Below are positions 59,586-64,000 of a DNA stretch of 64,000 nt, in pieces. Within the stretch, counting starts at the first letter, position 1. Every line of letters begins with the position of its first letter. The notes beneath the pieces are model-generated. The model was not told the origin of the DNA. It saw nothing but the letters and a program-made list of their open reading frames with translations, and made no database searches. A program made the translations under genes and the position numbers. Source of the DNA: Neoechinorhynchus agilis (taxonomy: Eukaryota; Animalia; Acanthocephala); contig CM121342.1 in the NCBI GenBank assembly GCA_051530055.1, positions 8,447,480-8,511,479 on the forward strand, written 5' to 3'.

Positions 59586-59594
59586 CCTCGTGAG
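59548..59594 (-). ncRNA. Degenerate twister-ribozyme-like remnant at the RTE 5' end
   Basis: The minus strand reads GCAGGTCCCACGCCCCGGATAAATGGGGAGAA, resembling the twister P1-type core GGUCCCAAGCCCGGAUAAA..GGAGGG. Pseudoknot and 5' residues are altered. Confidence 0.45.
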
Positions 59595-60157
59595 CCAATC
59601 TATCCAAAATTTCTTTATATTCAAAAGTGCAAAAAGCCTCATTGTTATTGTATGACACGAAAACAACTACTGACCGTAAATTTCCGTTTTTGTTCCAAAA
59701 AGTGTGTTGGTAAGATGCACTCGAGAACAGTTTTGGTTGTGAACAATGCCGGTGAACAGAAACTCGTTGTTGAGAACAAAGTCCATGTTCAACGACCTGG
59801 TCAAATCGGATTCCTCAAGATCCAAGAGTCCATGGTTCGTACGAGTGACATCATCTACGCGCATACAACAATCTCGCGCATATGCGCGCATTGTGCGGCG
59901 ATGGAGGCGGCGGCGGCGGCGGTGTGTGTTCTATATCTACTTCTACACTACCTGCTTCTCTGTCTCCTTCTCCCACACAAGCAGGCAAGCGTATACACTC
60001 GCCAGAAAGATCCGCTGGCTTTTTTAGATCGTCAAAAAGGTTAGTCAAGGATACGCTAGAGGGTGCCGCGTAGAACCGCTCATAGACCACTACGATCATC
60101 TGTCTCGTCATTAGACTTTGTGTTTTTTTAAACTTTTTTTGAAGGACTATTTGACGA

Positions 60158-61291
60158 TGACGTCATCTGCACACTTTCTCACTGAGAAAAGAAAAAATTT
60201 GATTTTTCATCTTAGTCATCGCATGGAACATTAGTCGTAGTTACTTCGATTTCAAAGAAAAAAAACCAACAACTAAAACTCTAAAATGAACGTTGCTCTC
60301 TACACATTTCTACCGTTTTCTTTTTCACACAGTGGTGACGTCATTATAAGAATACCAAACGAGCAATTCGCGTGATTGATTTTTCGCTTTTAAAACACAT
60401 TCCTTACCACCATCCTGAGTTTGTCGGAAAATATCACACTTTTGCGCTACTGTCATTCCGCAATGACGTCATCTCTTTTCGTTTTTGAAAGCACTGGGTC
60501 AATCCAAGTTGTAAATTTGGCGATGACGAAGTGTCAATTCAACCAAATCTCGGTATGGATAATTCTTATGTGCGCTTCACATATCAACCAATTAGCCTAT
60601 TTGTTGTTATTGCCAACGATAAGGCGATTTTATAAGCATTCGCGAGTGACGTCACTATTATGAAATCACATTTCGGAATTGCAAGACTTAGCGGCTCAAA
60701 CCTTATAGATCCTCGTAACATCGAATCTGTGATGATACACACGCTCGTCTCAATTGCCATATCGATGACGTCATATTCCCAGGCAGCTCCTTTTTTCCAG
60801 TGCGTCAACTGGCAAGATCACGTCGTCGAAATTGCTTTCATGTGACAGCGCTTCACTTCTCGTCTTACGCTTTCTTCTTGTAAGCGCCTTACCATGGGCT
60901 GATCGCCCTTCTGCTTCTTTAAAACGCTTATTTGTAGTCTCCTTTTTTAATCCGTGTTTTTCTTAACGCCTCCACTTGAAAAAACACTTTAAAGTCATTT
61001 GATTCTTTATTTGTGACGTCCAACATCTCGATTAAATGAGATCCGGATTCACAGAAATGACGCTGAAAACTTGTTTTGGAATGCCGTCAATCCCATTGAA
61101 TCAGATATGTTACTTAAAGGGTCACCAATCTCACAAATAGGATTAAAACATTTTAATTTTCGAATCGCACTTCTTTGAACAACAAAATTATACTAGTCAA
61201 TGACGTCACTATATCCAGCTTTGACCAATTTTTCTTCAATTAACCTCACTTTTATAAATTCATAGTTTTCCCTTGCTAAATAGTGACGTCC
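60158..61291. promoter_or_regulatory. Cluster of TGACGTCA (CRE/ATF-type) palindromes
   Basis: Perfect sites at 60158, 60336, 60464, 60647, 60766 and 61201. TGACGTCC variants at 61014 and 61284. Confidence 0.45.
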
Positions 61292-61520
61292 AACACCATT
61301 TGTTTCCGAATGGATTTTTCTTTTTTTCCGAAAACACGGGAACAACCTTCGTTTTCTATTGTTCTTTTTTGCTCCCGTTCAAGTCTACAACGCCATCGAT
61401 ATTTTGCCAATATTTTCTTCAACGTTTTCTTTTTTTTAACGTCAAATGCCTTTCGAAAATAAAACCAATAAAAGTATCATTTCTCAAAATTCTACAATAT
61501 TTTTTCCAATCTTACTTCAA

Positions 61521-64000
61521 CGAAACTAAATTTTAAACAAATTCGATACTTCAAAAAACCCTAGAATTCGATAATCCCAAAAATTAAATTAATGTTGTTG
61601 TACACTACCAAATATACTTCTTTTTTCTTGACCTAAAGAAGCCTCCTTTTTTCCGTAAAGGCGTATCCTGTATCCATCCGCGATGACGTCACCCCGAAAC
61701 TAAATTTTAAGCAAATTCGATACTTCACTTCAAAAAAAACTAGAATTGGTTAATCCCGATAATTAAATTAATGTTGTTGTACACTACCAAATATACTTCT
61801 TTTTTCTTGACCTAAAGAAGCCTCCTTTTTTCCGTAAAGGCGTATCCTGTATCCATCCGCGATGACGTCACCCCGAAACTAAATTTTAAGCAAATTCGAT
61901 ACTTCACTTCAAAAAAAACTAGAATTGGTTAATCCCGATAATTAAATTAATGTTGTTGTACACTACCAAATATACTTCTTTTTTCTTGACCTAAAGAAGC
62001 CTCCTTTTTTCCGTAAAGGCGTATCCTGTATCCATCCGCGATGACGTCACCCCGAAACTAAATTTTAAGCAAATTCGATACTTCACTTCAAAAAAAACTA
62101 GAATTGGTTAATCCCGATAATTAAATTAATGTTGTTGTACACTACCAAATATACTTCTTTTTTCTTGACCTAAAGAAGCCTCCTTTTTTCCGTAAAGGCG
62201 TATCCTGTATCCATCCGCGATGACGTCACCCCGAAACTAAATTTTAAGCAAATTCGATACTCCACTTCAAAAAAAACTAGAATTGGTTAATCCCGATAAT
62301 TAAATTAATTTTGTTGTACACTACCAAATATAATTCTTTTTTCTTGACCTAAAGAAGCCTCCTTTTTTCCGTAAATACGTATCCTGTATCCGTCGGCGAT
62401 GACGTCATCCCGAAACTCCAAATTTTAAACAAATTCGATACTTCACTTCAAAAAACCCCTTGAATTCGATAATCCCGAAAATTAAATTAATTTTGTTGTA
62501 CACTACCAAATATACTTCTTTTTTCTTGACCTAAAGAAGCCTCCTTTTTTCCGTAAAGACGTATCCTGTATCCGTCGGCGATGACGTCATCCCGAAACTC
62601 CAAATTTTAAACAAATTCGATACTTCACTTCAAAAACCCCTTGAATTCGATAATCCCAAAAATTAAATTAATTTTGTTGTACACTACCAAATATACTTCT
62701 TTTTTCTTGACCTAAAGAAGCCTCCTTTTTTCCGTAAATACGTATCCTTTATCCGTCGGCGATGACGTCATCCCGAAACTCCAAATTTTAAACAAATTCG
62801 ATACTTCACTTCAAAAAACCCCTTGAATTCGATAATCCCGAAAATTAAATTAATTTTGTTGTACACTACCAAATATAATTCTTTTTTCTTGACCTAAAGA
62901 AGCCTCCTTTTTTCCGTAAATACGTATCCTTTATCCGTCGGCGATGACGTCATCCCGAAACTCCAAATTTTAAACAAATTCGATACTTCACTTCAAAAAC
63001 CCCTTGAATTCGATAATCCCAAAAATTAAATTAATTTTGTTGACCACAAATATAATTCTTTTTTCTTGACCTAAAGAAGCCTCCTTTTTTCCGTAAATAC
63101 GTATCCTTTATCCGTCGGCGATGACGTCATCCCGAAACTCTAAATTTTAAACAAATTCGATACTTAACTTCAAAAACCCCTTGAATTCGATAATCCCAAA
63201 AATTAAATTAATTTTGTTGTACACTACCAAATATACTTCTTTTTTCTTGACCTAAAGAAGCCTCCTTTTTCCCGTAAAGACGTATCCTATATCCATCCGC
63301 GGTGACATCATCCCGAAACTCCAAATTTTAAACAAATTCGATACTTCACTTCAAAAAACCCCTTGAATTCGATAATCCCGACAATTAAATTAATTTTGTT
63401 GTACACTACCAAATATAATTCTTTTTTCTTGACCTAAAGAAGCCTCCTATTTTCCGTAAATACGTATCCTGTATCCGTCGGCGATGACGTCATCCCGAAA
63501 CTCCAAATTTTAAACAAATTCGATACTTCACTTCAAAAAACCCCTTGAATTCGATAATCCCGACAATTAAATTAATTTTGTTGTACACTACCAAATATAA
63601 TTCTTTTTTCTTGACCTAAAGAAGCCTCCTTTTTTCCGTAAATACGTATCCTTTATCCGTCGGCGATGACGTCATCCCGAAACTCTAAATTTTAAACAAA
63701 TTCGATACTTAACTTCAAAAAACCCCTTGAATTCGATAATCCCGAAAATTAAATTAATTTTGTTGACCACAAATATAATTCTTTTTTCTTGACCTAAAGA
63801 AGCCTCCTTTTTTCCGTAAATACGTATCCTTTATCCGTCGGCGATGACGTCATCCCGAAACTCTAAATTTTAAACAAATTCGATACTTAACTTCAAAAAC
63901 CCCTTGAATTCGATAATCCCAAAAATTAAATTAATTTTGTTGTACACTACCAAATATACTTCTTTTTTCTTGATCTAAAGAAGCCTCCTTTTTCCCGTAA
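61521..64000. repeat. Satellite 2, 177-182-bp monomer, about 14 copies, runs off the window end
   Basis: GATGACGTCA anchor at 61682, 61861, 62040, 62219, 62398, 62580, 62761, 62943, 63120, 63301 (variant), 63483, 63665 and 63843. Confidence 0.98.

Noticed and set aside
53620-64000. Regular ~180-190 bp repeats as a CRISPR array or coding repeats (ORFs 54060-54284, 55940-56131)
   Set aside because: There are no unique spacers, the context is eukaryotic, and the short ORFs are incidental to AT-rich satellite monomers.

Overview
Eukaryotic (most likely animal), AT-rich, heterochromatin-like window. It is a dense mosaic of decayed retroelements (RTE, CR1/L2-like, CRE-clade REL, two related APE-type LINEs, Penelope-like, Ty3/Gypsy), kilobase-scale direct and inverted segmental duplications, and two ~180-190 bp satellite arrays at the right end. 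The main host-type content is an intronless HIPK/DYRK-like CMGC kinase present four times. One copy is an intact 354-aa ORF (8662-9726). Three are pseudogenes, two of which form a tail-to-tail inverted repeat. The kinase is duplicated together with its TATA/CCAAT promoter and with flanking decayed sequence of unknown function. Other features: a decayed PKA/AGC-like kinase, a Q/P/G/Y-rich gene with ten 39-aa repeats, a minimal hammerhead ribozyme motif inside a ~210-bp foldback, a twister-like remnant at an RTE 5' end, two damaged tRNA genes, and a TGACGTCA-rich zone leading into the terminal satellite. All calls come from motif recognition and by-eye alignment. Boundaries of decayed elements are approximate and no database search was run.
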